From Eledone cirrhosa (Eukaryota): a stretch of 64,000 nt of DNA. Position numbers and translations under genes: made by a program. This document shows positions 1 to 10,966 of this stretch, piece after piece. The stretch is from the NCBI GenBank assembly GCA_964016885.1, contig OZ024742.1, positions 145,576,001-145,640,000 on the forward strand, written 5' to 3'. A model generated the notes under the pieces. That model searched no databases and was not told where the DNA came from. It was given only the letters and a program-made list of their open reading frames with translations. The stretch's first letter is position 1. Each line of letters starts with the position of its first letter.

Positions 1-134
1 AAAAAAGCATCCAGCACTCACTGTAAATGAGGTTGGTGTTAGGAAGGGCATCCAGCTGTAGTAATCAAGCCAGAATCAGTTCCCGTCCCACCTTTGCAAG
101 CAGGGAAAAGCGGACGTAAAATGATGATGATGAT
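1..134 (+). mobile_element. 3' end of RTE-type LINE with (ATG)n tail
   Basis: ggttggtgttaggaagggcatccagc...gacgtaaaatgatgatgatgat matches the 3' UTR and tail of the RTE copy ending at about 21586. Confidence 0.7.
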
Positions 135-559
135 ATGTCTGAACCATAAATTCCTCTAAACTAACCACCAAGACAAAATAAGCCCTAAAACATTTAATTT
201 AATGGTATGATGCCATGCACTTGGAAGCTTGTATCAGAAAACCATAGCCCATACAACACAGGTTAGTGGCTCAATATGTGAAGATCAGCACCTTACTTAA
301 AAAACACAAATGTTAGTTTTAGGAAAGGGTATCAAACAATATTCTAATGCCTCAAAAAGTCTCATCCAATTTTGCATGCAAAGGTGGTTATAAAATGATG
401 ACATTTTTTTTAGTCATGAATCAATTTTGAAAAATATTTCAACCTATCTAGAAAATACAATTCAACAAATATAGTTAGATTTTTTATTAAATATAATTTA
501 AATTTACATATAATTGTGATCATTTTGCCACAAATTTCAGTGGTACGGTTATACAGAAA

Positions 560-1200
560 TTTCTGAGTTATTTCATTATTTTACTTCTATTTGTAGAAGA
601 GGTTTTCACTAAATCAACTCAATAATAAATTCCTCCTGTATAAATATGCATTTGTTTAACATTTCTTGTCTAGAATATATGAAAAACTGAGATGATTTTC
701 TTAGTTATTTCTTCTTTTTACTTTTGAAAGAGAATAATTTCCTACATATTTCACACTAGGGTTTTTACAGTCATGGTTAGTGAGATTGTATCCCTGTAAG
801 AAAATTTCATGACAAATGACTGAGTAGATTTTTCTCCAGGATGTATTAGTGGAATATGAAATTATTGAAGTCAAGGAATGATTTCCAGAATATTTCACAT
901 TGATATAGTTTTTGTTTTGTATGCATTTATTTATCAAATTACAAATAAGGATTTCTTAAATATTTAGGATTACTTAAATATTAGTGGAATATGAAATTAT
1001 TGAAGTCAAGAAATGATTTTGCAACATATTTCATGGTAATAATTTTTCTTCAGTTTTTATCCAGATGTAGATTACAAATATAGACTTATTTCAAACTGAA
1101 TGATTCCCAAACTAATATAGGTTTTTGTCAACTGTGTATTCATTTGTCAAATACAAGACTATAATTCACAAATAAAGATTTCCCTCAAATGACAGCACCT
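560..1200 (-). pseudogene. Degenerate C2H2 zinc-finger repeats downstream of the ZNF stop codon
   Basis: Recurrent catatttcac motif (antisense of the CEICG codons). ORF 701-937 reads VKYSGN/VKYVGN, the same off-frame words seen in the off-frame ORF 2361-2675 inside the ZNF CDS. Confidence 0.55.
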
Positions 1201-1279
1201 ATGTAGTCAGGGTGGAAATTTAAAGAGAATGATTTATATATGTCATCATGGTAAATAGTTGTCACTAGAAACCAAGCCT

Positions 1280-1445
1280 GGTACACACTGTAAAGTGGTT
1301 GGCATAAAGAAGGGCATCCGGCCATAGAAATCAATGGAACATCTGAGCAATATGCAGTCATCTGACCTGCCTGTCTAGCCTCAGCATGACAACCAATCTA
1401 ACCCATGTAAGCATGGAAAATAGACAAAACGGTGATGATGATGAT
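1280..1445 (+). mobile_element. 3' end of RTE-type LINE
   Basis: gtggttggcat...agggcatcc...catgtaagcatggaaaa...gatgatgatgat, same tail family as 1-134. Confidence 0.6.
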
Positions 1446-1473
1446 AATCTAGTGGAAAAGAATTTCTCATGTT

Positions 1474-2976
1474 TTACATTTTAAAAGGCTTCCTTTTAGT
1501 GTGTATTAGTTCATGTCTTTTTACGAGAGTGTAAGTGATAAATGATTTCTCACATATTCTACAATGATATGGCTTTTCTCCAGTGTGTATTCGTTTGTGT
1601 CTGTTTAAATCACTATTATTAACAAAAGATTTACTACATATTTCACAATGACATGGTTTTTCCCCAGTGTGCCTACGTTTGTGGCTTTTAAGATCAGAAT
1701 TCTGAGAGAAAGATTTGCCACACATCTCACAAAGATAAGACTTTTGTCCAGTGTGTATTTGCTTATGGACTATAAGGGAAGAATTCTGAGAGAACAATTT
1801 ACCACATATTTCACAATGATAAGGTTTTTCTCCTGTGTGCATTTGCTTATGAACTATAAGAGAAGAATTTTGAGAGAATGCTTTACCACATATTTCACAG
1901 TGATGGGTTTTTTCTCTGGTCAGTATTTGTTTGTGGTGTTTTAAATCATAATTTTTTAAAAAGGATTTTCCATATATTTTATAGTGATAAGTTTTTTCTT
2001 CGGTGTGAATTAATTCATGACTTTTTAAATCATTATTGTTAACAAACGATTTCTCACATATTTCACAGTAATATGGTTGTTCTTCAACAAGTCTACATTT
2101 GTGGATTTTAAGCTTAAAATTTTCATTGAAAGATTTTCCACATATTTCACAGTGAAAAAGGTTTTCCCCAGCATGTATTCTTTTGTGTCTTGTTAAATTA
2201 CTGTTATAGGCGAAAGATTTTCCACATATTTCACAGTCGTAGGGTTTTTCTCCAGTGTGTATTCTTTTATGAACTACAAGACTGGAATTCACATAGAATG
2301 AATTTCCACATATTTCACATTGATAAGGTTTTTCGCCAGTGTGAATTCGTTCATGAGTTTTTAAATCACTATTATTAGCAAAGGATTTTTCACACATTTC
2401 ACAGTTATACAGTTTTTCTCCAGTGTGCCTACGTCTGTGAATTGTAAGTTTAGAAGTGTCAATGAAAGATTTTCCACATATTTCACAACAATAAGGTTTT
2501 TCTCCAGTGTGTATTCTTCTGTGAATTGCCAAACTACTCTTAGACACCAAATATTTCCCACATATTTCACAGTGATAGGGTTTTTCTCCAGTGTGACTAC
2601 GTATGTGGACAATAAGATGAGAATTCTGAGTGAATGATTTTCCACATACTTCACAGTAAAACGATTTTTCGTCAATATGTATTCTTTTGTGTTTTGTTAA
2701 TTTACTGTTGGAGTAAAAAAATTTCCAACATATTTTACAGTGGAAGGTTTTTTCCCTATTGTGTATTTCTTTATGTGTGAAAAGTTCATGTTCTGAAGAG
2801 AATATTTTCTTACAAATCTCACAGCTATATTCAGGAATATTTCTGTTAGCAAACGTTTCATTAAGTAAAGGTTTCTCACCATTGTACGTCTTTGTAATTA
2901 AATCTATGTTGGTAAAAACAGTTTTGTTAGATGTGTCGAACTCATTAACATCCTCCATATTAATTTTCGATGACAT
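1474..2976 (-). CDS. Single-exon tandem C2H2 zinc-finger protein (500 aa, 16 finger units, 14 canonical)
   Basis: Repeated CxxC-12-HxxxH units with TGEKP-type linkers. Unit 9 lacks the second His; unit 11 has Cys->Tyr changes. No KRAB/BTB/SCAN domain is evident in the N-terminal ~50 aa. Confidence 0.92.
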   Translation of the reverse strand: MSSKINMEDVNEFDTSNKTVFTNIDLITKTYNGEKPLLNETFANRNIPEYSCEICKKIFSSEHELFTHKEIHNREKTFHCKICWKFFYSNSKLTKHKRIHIDEKSFYCEVCGKSFTQNSHLIVHIRSHTGEKPYHCEICGKYLVSKSSLAIHRRIHTGEKPYCCEICGKSFIDTSKLTIHRRRHTGEKLYNCEMCEKSFANNSDLKTHERIHTGEKPYQCEICGNSFYVNSSLVVHKRIHTGEKPYDCEICGKSFAYNSNLTRHKRIHAGENLFHCEICGKSFNENFKLKIHKCRLVEEQPYYCEICEKSFVNNNDLKSHELIHTEEKTYHYKIYGKSFLKNYDLKHHKQILTREKTHHCEICGKAFSQNSSLIVHKQMHTGEKPYHCEICGKLFSQNSSLIVHKQIHTGQKSYLCEMCGKSFSQNSDLKSHKRRHTGEKPCHCEICSKSFVNNSDLNRHKRIHTGEKPYHCRICEKSFITYTLVKRHELIHTKRKPFKM

Positions 2977-3829
2977 TTTTTTAATGTGAGAAATGTCTCA
3001 GTGTATAATCTACCGAGTTTCAGTTTCTTGTTTTAGATATAATGCAGTCTGCTTACATGATATACGCATTATAGGATTCTATTTATGTGTATAATATAGA
3101 TATTATGAGGCTTTTTTTACACGTGTAATATAAATATGACACTCTATTTACATGTGTAACATGATATAATTAGATTAGAAGAGATATGAAGTAGGCGGTG
3201 TCATTGAAATTGTTTCCCTTGCATAAATGACACCGGTGACATAAGTTAAAGATCCCTAACATAATTTGATTTGTTCAGAATTAATTATGTCAGTTTACTC
3301 TAATCCATGATAAATATAGAATATCACCCTACAAAATAACTATTATGTATCAACAAAGAAGCTTCTAAGTGATAGTTTTGTCATCGTTGGCGGCTAGTTT
3401 CATTGAATTATCAGACTTATCATTTCGTGAAATACCATCAGTGAATTGCCTTTCAAAATCTTTTTTAAATGAACTGACGATTAGGGCGTCTATCTTTTAC
3501 TTTTTGATGGATTTATAGCGCCATATAATTGCTTTATTATCTGTTTCGTTTATTGTTTTGTCTCTTTTGAAAATCATTATTTATTTGAATAGTGTAAACA
3601 AGGGAAAATAATAAAAGAAAAAAGGGGGAAAACGTATACACTCAATCGTATACCATAACATGGGGCGCTGGAGTTCCCGCTACTATTTTTGAGTCAAGCC
3701 AATATACTCGCAGCATTGCCACAATTGATAGTGAGACTAAGCTGCTGGCATAACCAAACTGCTTCATAGGCATTACCTGATACATTCGGTAAAGCAAGCA
3801 GCCAACAATGACAAGAACTTTGTTGTCAG

Positions 3830-5485
3830 CAGTCCAGCTCCCACAATCGTCTTAAATATCAGAGGCTAGAAAAACTTGTCTGTAATTCCTGATAATTTAG
3901 AATTTTATTCCATTCAACTACGGATGCACTGACCCTTGTCTTCACCACTGTATCTAGGATGTAGTAAGGAGCAAAAAAGGTCACTATTGTGTCAAAAAAA
4001 TGTTCATGCCTGAAAATATCTTATAACTTTATAAACCTACCATTTGTCCTAGTAGACCCTTGAAGTGGTCAGTCTAGATCTTTTTCCTAGCTTCTTGATA
4101 GCCTCCTTTGATGATAGGTGAAGGCTTCTCTTTTCTGCCAGTTATTTCGTTGATTAAAGCCCATACGACTGCATGCTGTTTGTTTATATAAAGGGTCTTA
4201 AGTTTGTTTATTTTTCCTTCTACATACTATTCAAGAGCAGTTGTGTAGACCTCATCAAGGTTGTTTTTTTTTTACCCTTGTTGGCCTTCATCTCAATGAG
4301 GCTATCATCTCAACGAGGCCATCATCTCAATGAGGGTAAAACAGTACATATCAAACATCAAAGCAATCAATGGCAGGGATATCAAGCAAGTGAAGGATTT
4401 CAAGTATCTTGGGTCCTGGATTATGTACTCTGAGAAGGATTTTGCCACCAGAAAGGCCCAAGCATGGTCAGCTTGCAACAAGATGGATCGAGTTTGGCGC
4501 TCAAATCTTTCCAACCACACCAAAATCAAACTCTTCCAAGTAACAATTCAACCAATCTTGCTATAAGGAAGTGAAACATAGATGCTTTCATCCAAACAAC
4601 AAAAGTGCCTTGATGGCACCTACACTTGCCTACTTCAGAACACAAGCTGGCAACATCTGACTTTAATAAAATATATGCTGGCCTCCCATGCATATCTGTC
4701 GTTGTACGTAAAAGGAGAGTAAGATTTGTTGGCCACTGCCATCGTGCCACCTATGAGGCTGTGTCCCCATTAGTGCTTTGGAAACCACAAGCAGTCACTA
4801 ATAACAGAGGATGCAAGCTTTCCTATCCCAATGTCATCTCCAGAGATTCTGGTATTGAAATTCAGCACTTGGCAACGGCAACGAACGACAGACCCATGTG
4901 GAGATCAATTGTTGAGTTGATTATAGCTGATGCCGCCCAATTATGATGATGATGACGACCATTTGTCCTTGTATAAAGTACTGTTACCACATTTGATCTG
5001 CTGCTTTTGTTGTGTACATTGAGAGTCTGATTAAGATCCAAAGAAGAATCGTCAACATTATTGGCCCTGACTTATCATGTCAGCTTCAATCATTAACACA
5101 CCATCGAAATGTTGCTGCTCTTTCCCTTTTTTATAAATATTTTCATGGGAATTGTTCTGATGAGCTTTCCACGTTGTTGCCTTATCTACATGTGTTTAAA
5201 CAAAGCACTAGATTGGTGGCTAGGTCTCATCTATTTACAATTGAAATGCCTAAATACAATCGCAAATTATATTTTCATAGTCTCTTCTCTTGCACATCTT
5301 GCCAATAGAATTCTCTTCCAGCTTCTTGCTTTCCTGATCACTATAATTTGCAAACATTTAAAAAAGTAACATCAGTTGTCATCTCTCTCCTTGAATTATG
5401 TTCCCTCTGTCTTGTCTGTTTCCCTTCTCAGCAACCCCTTGCATTTTAGTGGATTTATTGTCATACTTGGAGTGAGCAAAAAAAA
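3830..5485 (+). mobile_element. CR1/L2-group LINE 3' fragment, interrupted by an RTE insertion
   Basis: LYKPTICP|CIKYCYHI (LYKxxIRPxLEYCxxIW-like) is split across the insertion. ORF 5012-5308 has IQRRIVNII and HRNVAALSLFYKYFHG. A-rich end at about 5480. Confidence 0.65.
4051..4957 (+). mobile_element. 5'-truncated, 5'-inverted RTE-group LINE with target-site duplication
   Basis: VKDFKYLGS...KIKLF...ILL*GSET and RRVRFVGHC motifs; (TGA)n tail; accatttgtcct duplicated at 4039-4050 and 4958-4969. Confidence 0.8.
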
Positions 5486-5563
5486 TAATTTATATCTATA
5501 TTTTCAAAGTGATGTCTAGAGGATGGTGGTTGAGTAACTATGAAGTTAGTCATGATCACTATT

Positions 5564-5757
5564 CAGACCTGTCAATTCTTCCCGTTCGATGGGGAAATCT
5601 CCCACTCATTTTCGGATGAGTGAGAGATGTCTTCTCTTGTGGAAATGGGTACAGCTTTCATTATGTAAAATCTCCCCATTTTGCCTAATTTCTCCCCGTT
5701 TTGGGGCCCTATTTTCATGGTGCTCCTCGTTTGGGTTTTTAGAGGTTGGTAGGTCTG
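5564..5757. mobile_element. MITE with about 12-bp TIRs and a 5-bp TSD
   Basis: cagacctgtcaa ... ttggtaggtctg termini; ctatt directly flanks both ends. Confidence 0.6.
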
Positions 5758-6264
5758 CTATTGCTCAATAACACCAGCAGTATACAGTAAATTATAGTCC
5801 AAGGACATATATGTATTATCTTGTACATTTAAAACATTATAAGTAACTTTTTATTCATTAGAATAGCATTACTTGATTCATTTGTCATAGCCATAATTAC
5901 TTATCTACTGATTGAGAAGCGTTTATCTAATCAGTATATTAATATTTCTCCCAATGTATTATTGATATAGTACATCAAACAATTGACATACTTTACTTAC
6001 ATTTTGGGGTAACATTTGACAAACTACACCTTACACTTCATTATTGTACTGCATGAATTTTTTTAGTAAATTACACAAACGTATACATACATGAGTTGAC
6101 ACATCATTGTATGTTTGTGTTCACTGGTGCTTCCAGTAGCAGCTCTCAACTCAGTTTTTTTTTCTTCATGTAAAATATTGTATATATTTGTGACTTATTT
6201 ACATACACTGGTCTCATAAATCAGCAGCAACTCACTTCAATGCTAATTAATAATAATAATAATA

Positions 6265-6487
6265 ATTGTTTTTTTATATAGGCACAAGGCCAGAAATTAT
6301 GGGGGAGGGTAAAGTCGATTAAATCGACCCCGGTGCATTACTGGTACTTTATTTTATCGACCCCGTAAGGATGAAAGGCAAAGCTAATCTCGGCGGGATT
6401 TGAACTCAGATCATAAAGGGCAAAACATGGTGCAAACTCTATGCTGCAAAACATGGTGTCTGATGCTCTACAGATACTGCCAATCCA
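6265..6487 (-). mobile_element. tRNA-derived SINE (long-tail subfamily)
   Basis: B box gttcaaatcc on the minus strand; conserved gcctttcatccttacggggtcgataaaataaagtaccag core shared with many copies in the window. Confidence 0.85.
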
Positions 6488-6903
6488 ATAATAATAATAA
6501 TTTGTTTTATTGGCTACAAGGACAATACAAGGACAAATACAACACAACACAAAATGAGGCTTACGTCAAGTAAAGGGAACAACACCAAAGTGAAAACAGT
6601 AGAGATAACAATAATAATTTTTTCACATAACTTTATTTGATTATATTACATAATATAAGCACTCCTATATAGTTGAATATCATTCTGTTGTAAATATGAT
6701 TTTAAACGCATATAAAACAAATGATATACTTGTAACTGTGTAAAGTTTATAATGTGAAAAATCAGGTGTGTTTAAATTTGTGACCTAACAGTGTATACAG
6801 TGAGTTTCTTTGCCCTGGGTATTGGGAAGACACTCGGCAAGAAATGGAAACAAAGCTGAAGGAAGAGGAAAAACAAATAATAATAATAATAATAATAATA
6901 AAA

Positions 6904-7260
6904 ATATTGTGGCTGTGGCCTGCCCATTCGACACGAGAGTGCAAGAGAAGGAGAGGGAGAAAATTAACCGATACCAGGACTTAAAGTGGGAGGTAAAAAG
7001 GATTTGGAACTGCCATGAAGTCAAAGTGGTCCCGGTTGTCATAGGCGCACTAGGTACTATCTCAAAAAGTTTCCAGGGATGGTTAAAGAAAATTGGCCCC
7101 GCCCCGCTCTTTGGAACACTTCAAAAGGCATGCTTGCTTGTAACAGCAAGAACCCTCCGATACGTCCCGAATATCTGAGGCTGCATGTAGTGGCTTGATA
7201 TTCATTTGAACAAACTTTCCAGTTAACTAACATCAATGACTGAGACTCAAAGAACAATAG
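6904..7260 (+). mobile_element. R4/Dong-like LINE 3' fragment (restriction-like endonuclease)
   Basis: ACPFD...EKINRYQDLKWEVKRIW...VVPVVIGALG motif; flanked by (AAT)n on both sides. Confidence 0.75.
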
Positions 7261-7532
7261 TAAAAATAATAATAATAATAATAATAATGTTTTCTTTATT
7301 AACCACAAGGGTTTACATAAAGTAGACATTAAGGACAGTACAGGACAATACAGGATGGTACAAATGGGCATTTCTGCGTGTAAAAAAAACAGAGGATGAA
7401 ATAAAATAGCAAAGAAAAATTCCCCAATAGGGGGGAGACTTCCGAGGGACATTTGTGGAGAAAGCCCATTAAAAGACCACAGTGGCCCTGACCACCAGGG
7501 CAAGTGCCCTCTCCCAGTTTTCCACCTTTAAT

Positions 7533-10500
7533 TTACAGACACATACTCAGAGAAGGCCCATTCATTCGGGCCATACTTGCTTCTCTCACCCATCTTTCAA
7601 CAAAATGCTGGGAAGAGAGCACTTCCCTCTCTACCCTGATTTTCCTTTTCAGATGAAATTTGAAAAAGTTAATCAGGGCATCACCGAAGAGGTAAGTGCT
7701 CGTCTTCAGCCCTTTCAAACGTGTCCACCATACTATCTCTTTCGCCATGGCCACCAGACAGATAAAAACTGCCTGCCCTTCCCGGCTAAAGGAAGAGGGC
7801 GGGGCAATCCTCATGATGGACTCAGCTGATAGCTGGATCCGTCCTACACGTGACAGCAGGTGTTCGACATAAACCCACAAGTCAGCAATGCTCGGACACT
7901 GGACGAGTGCGTGCAGGACGGTTTCGTCGCCCTATGCGCATCTCGGACATGCCCGGCTGACGGCACCTCCATGCCTGTAAAGTTTATCCCGAACTGGCAA
8001 AGCACCCCGGTAGCACTGCCAGGCCAGGGATTTCTGGAAGTTGTCCATAGGCCCCGGCCCGAAAGTCCTTCCGAAGAGATTGGCTAGTTGATTTTCGTCG
8101 ACGCCTAGAGTTTCTCCAAGTACGTCGTCGCTCTTCCCCTCCACTAATCCCCTATAGAACGCCAAGGTGGAGTTTCCACCGATCACATTGCCCGATTGGT
8201 CGAGGGCTGTGAGCGCCTGAAGACATTCCAGTCTCCAAGTGCTCCCTCTCGGTCTTCGCTTGACCCAGGACTGCAGCTTCGTCAAGGAGACGAGCTGGGG
8301 AAAAACCTGTCTAGCAAACGGCGACCACACCTGATCACCGTCGAGGAAGAGGTGGAGATGTCGTAGCCTGAGCGCGTGTCTGCGCATCATCAGCCACGGC
8401 ATGCCCAGCCCTCCACGTAGCGGGTGTTGGCAGCAGATGGACCGCCTGACCATCGGAGCGCGTCCCTTCCACAAGAAGCGAAAGAGCAAACGCTCCAGTG
8501 CAGTCAGGCGGGGCTTAGGACAAGGTACGACGGTCAGGCGGTAGTAGATGACGGACGCGATGTACGCGTTAGCCACCTCCGCTCGACCTTTCAGGGATAT
8601 CTTCCTCTCGGCCCATTTCTGGGTGAGAGAAGCCACCCTGCTCGTCACCTCGTCCCAGTTTTTGTCCGTCTGGAGGTCTGGACCGAACCAGACCCCTAGC
8701 AATTTAACCGGTCCGTCTGTCCAGCGCCCGACGACGCTGTTGGACGGCATGGACCTGCCTCTCCAGGTGCCGAGCTGCAGGCCCACTGACTTTTCCTGGT
8801 TGATCATTGCTCCTGTCACTGCTTCGTATTCTCTTAGTGCCGGTCGCCTCGATGTGTTTGGCGTTCGACACCACTACGGTGACATCGTCGGCATATGCTG
8901 ACACGGATCTTCCACATCCTAGTTCGCGCGGGATCCCCCTCAACGTCTCCAGTTTGTGCAGTAATGGCTCGAGAGTCAATACGTACAATAGGGACGAGAG
9001 GAGACATCCTTGGCGGACCGAGCGCATGATGTTGAACGGTTCCGAAAGGTGACCGTTCATTCTCACTACAGAGCAGATGTTGCTGTGCATGGCAGCGATC
9101 CAGCCTCTGAAGACGGGCCCAAAGCCAGCCGCCCTCAGGACTGCCTCTAGGTAACGATGGTCGACCCTATCGAAGGCTTTCGACTGATCTAAATTGATCA
9201 AAGACCCACCCGTGCCAGGTTCCCTAGCTACCCTCTCTACAATGTATCGCATGAGGTGGAGGTTGTCGTGGATGGATCTGTCGGGAATGGCGCATGTCTG
9301 TGCCTCTCCCACCAGACCACCAACGACAAGCGCCAACCTCTTTGCTAGCACCTTGGCCAAAATCTTGAACTCTGTGTTTAGCAGAGTAATGGGCCTAAAA
9401 TTATCTATGTTATCCCCCTTGTTCGGATCCTTTCTCAGCAGCGCCACCGCTCCTCGGCTCACAGAGCTGGGAATTCTCCCGTTCTGTTGCCAGTTGCAGT
9501 AGACGTCCGCCAAGAGGCCTCCGAACATGTTTGGCATTTGTACGTAAAGTTCATAGGGCAGACCATCCAAACCAGGCGATTTACCCCTTGTGCAACTAGT
9601 CATTGCATCCCGTACTTCAGCGGTTGTTATCGGCTTTTCGCAACACTCCGCCTCAGTGGCCGAAAGCCGCGGCAGTCCGTCGAGGTAGACACTAAAGTCC
9701 ATCCCTCGATCCGGCTCGCCACTGCCCCCGAACAGTTGAGCGAAGTGTCGCTGAAAAGCTTCACACATTTGCCCGGGATCGAGTAGCATGCGCCCGTCGT
9801 GGTCCACCAAAGACCGGATCGTGGCTTTGTTGCCACGACGCGCCTCCGCCACTCGGGCCCATTGAACGTGTCTGAGAGCACGCACCCTAGCTCTGACAAC
9901 GCAGCCTTCGTGCTTTGCATTGAAGAATTGGTCAAGGGCCAATTTCGCCGCAAGTACGTCGGTTGCGATGCCTTTGCTAAGCGCCTCATCTAATTTTCTA
10001 ACTAGTTCTCCCTCTGCTCTATTTTTCTCTATTGATAAAGTCTTACTAAACCTAATGGACTCTATTCTAATTGCTCTTTTCAGAGCAAACCACCACTTGT
10101 TGTTGACGATGGCCCCCGTCAACGCCCGCTTAATTAGTTCGCTAATCCGGTCTCTGTAGGCCTTGCGCGCTGGTAAGGACGCGTTTAGCTTCCAGTAGCC
10201 GGGTCCTCGCCTATGAAGCCTATCTAAGTCAAGCACACAGATCACGAATTTGTGGTCCGTGTAGCTGACTATCTTGAATTGTGGACAGCCTATGCTAGAC
10301 CTATCTATTTCCCTACAAAATACTCTATCTAGATATGATCTGGATGACCCTATGCGATTTGTCCAAGTCCACATTGGTACATTCGGGAAATCCATTCGGT
10401 ACCTATCAGACAGTTCAAAACGTCTGAGCAGGTTGGTGAGACTCTTGCACCCTCCTTCCCTATCCACTAATCCCACACAATCCCAGCGTACATCTAAGAT

Positions 10501-10932
10501 CCCGTTCCAGTCGCCCACTAACACTAAAGAGCGGGACGTTCCAAGAAAGGTCTCCAGACGCCGGAAGAAATCAGGCCGCCCTGCTCCTATCGGGGCATAG
10601 ACGGCCACTAACCTGAAAGCTTGCCCGTCTCCGCTGGTCACGTCCAGCACCACCAACTTACCTTCTGGGTCCAGGAAGATGGCCCGTATGGCAAGATCCA
10701 AACCTCTCCGAAAAAGCACAGCAACTCCTCCCCCCGATCCCGGACGGCTGGGAGATGCGTACACATCGTAGCCGCCGAAGATCGGTGCGAAAGCCTGTGC
10801 TTCGGAGATTCTGGTCTCGCTGATGGCCACTACATCTATGTTTAGTGACCTGAGGTCGTTGAGCAGGTGGCCCTGCTTCCATGACGACCCCAAGCCACGC
10901 GCATTTATGCTGCCTATTCTGAGTGAGGTCAT
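7533..10932 (-). pseudogene. Tx1 ORF2 (APE endonuclease, reverse transcriptase, zinc knuckle), disrupted
   Basis: NARGL, ISET, GDWN, YLDR, TDH; KSPGLDGL, FRPITLLN, DQSKAFDRV, SVRQG, YADD; CPRC..H..C. One frameshift at about 8830 and an in-frame TAG at 7932-7934. Confidence 0.9.
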
Positions 10933-10966
10933 GTTGAAAAGGAGTGGAAAAGATGGGAAAGACCAC

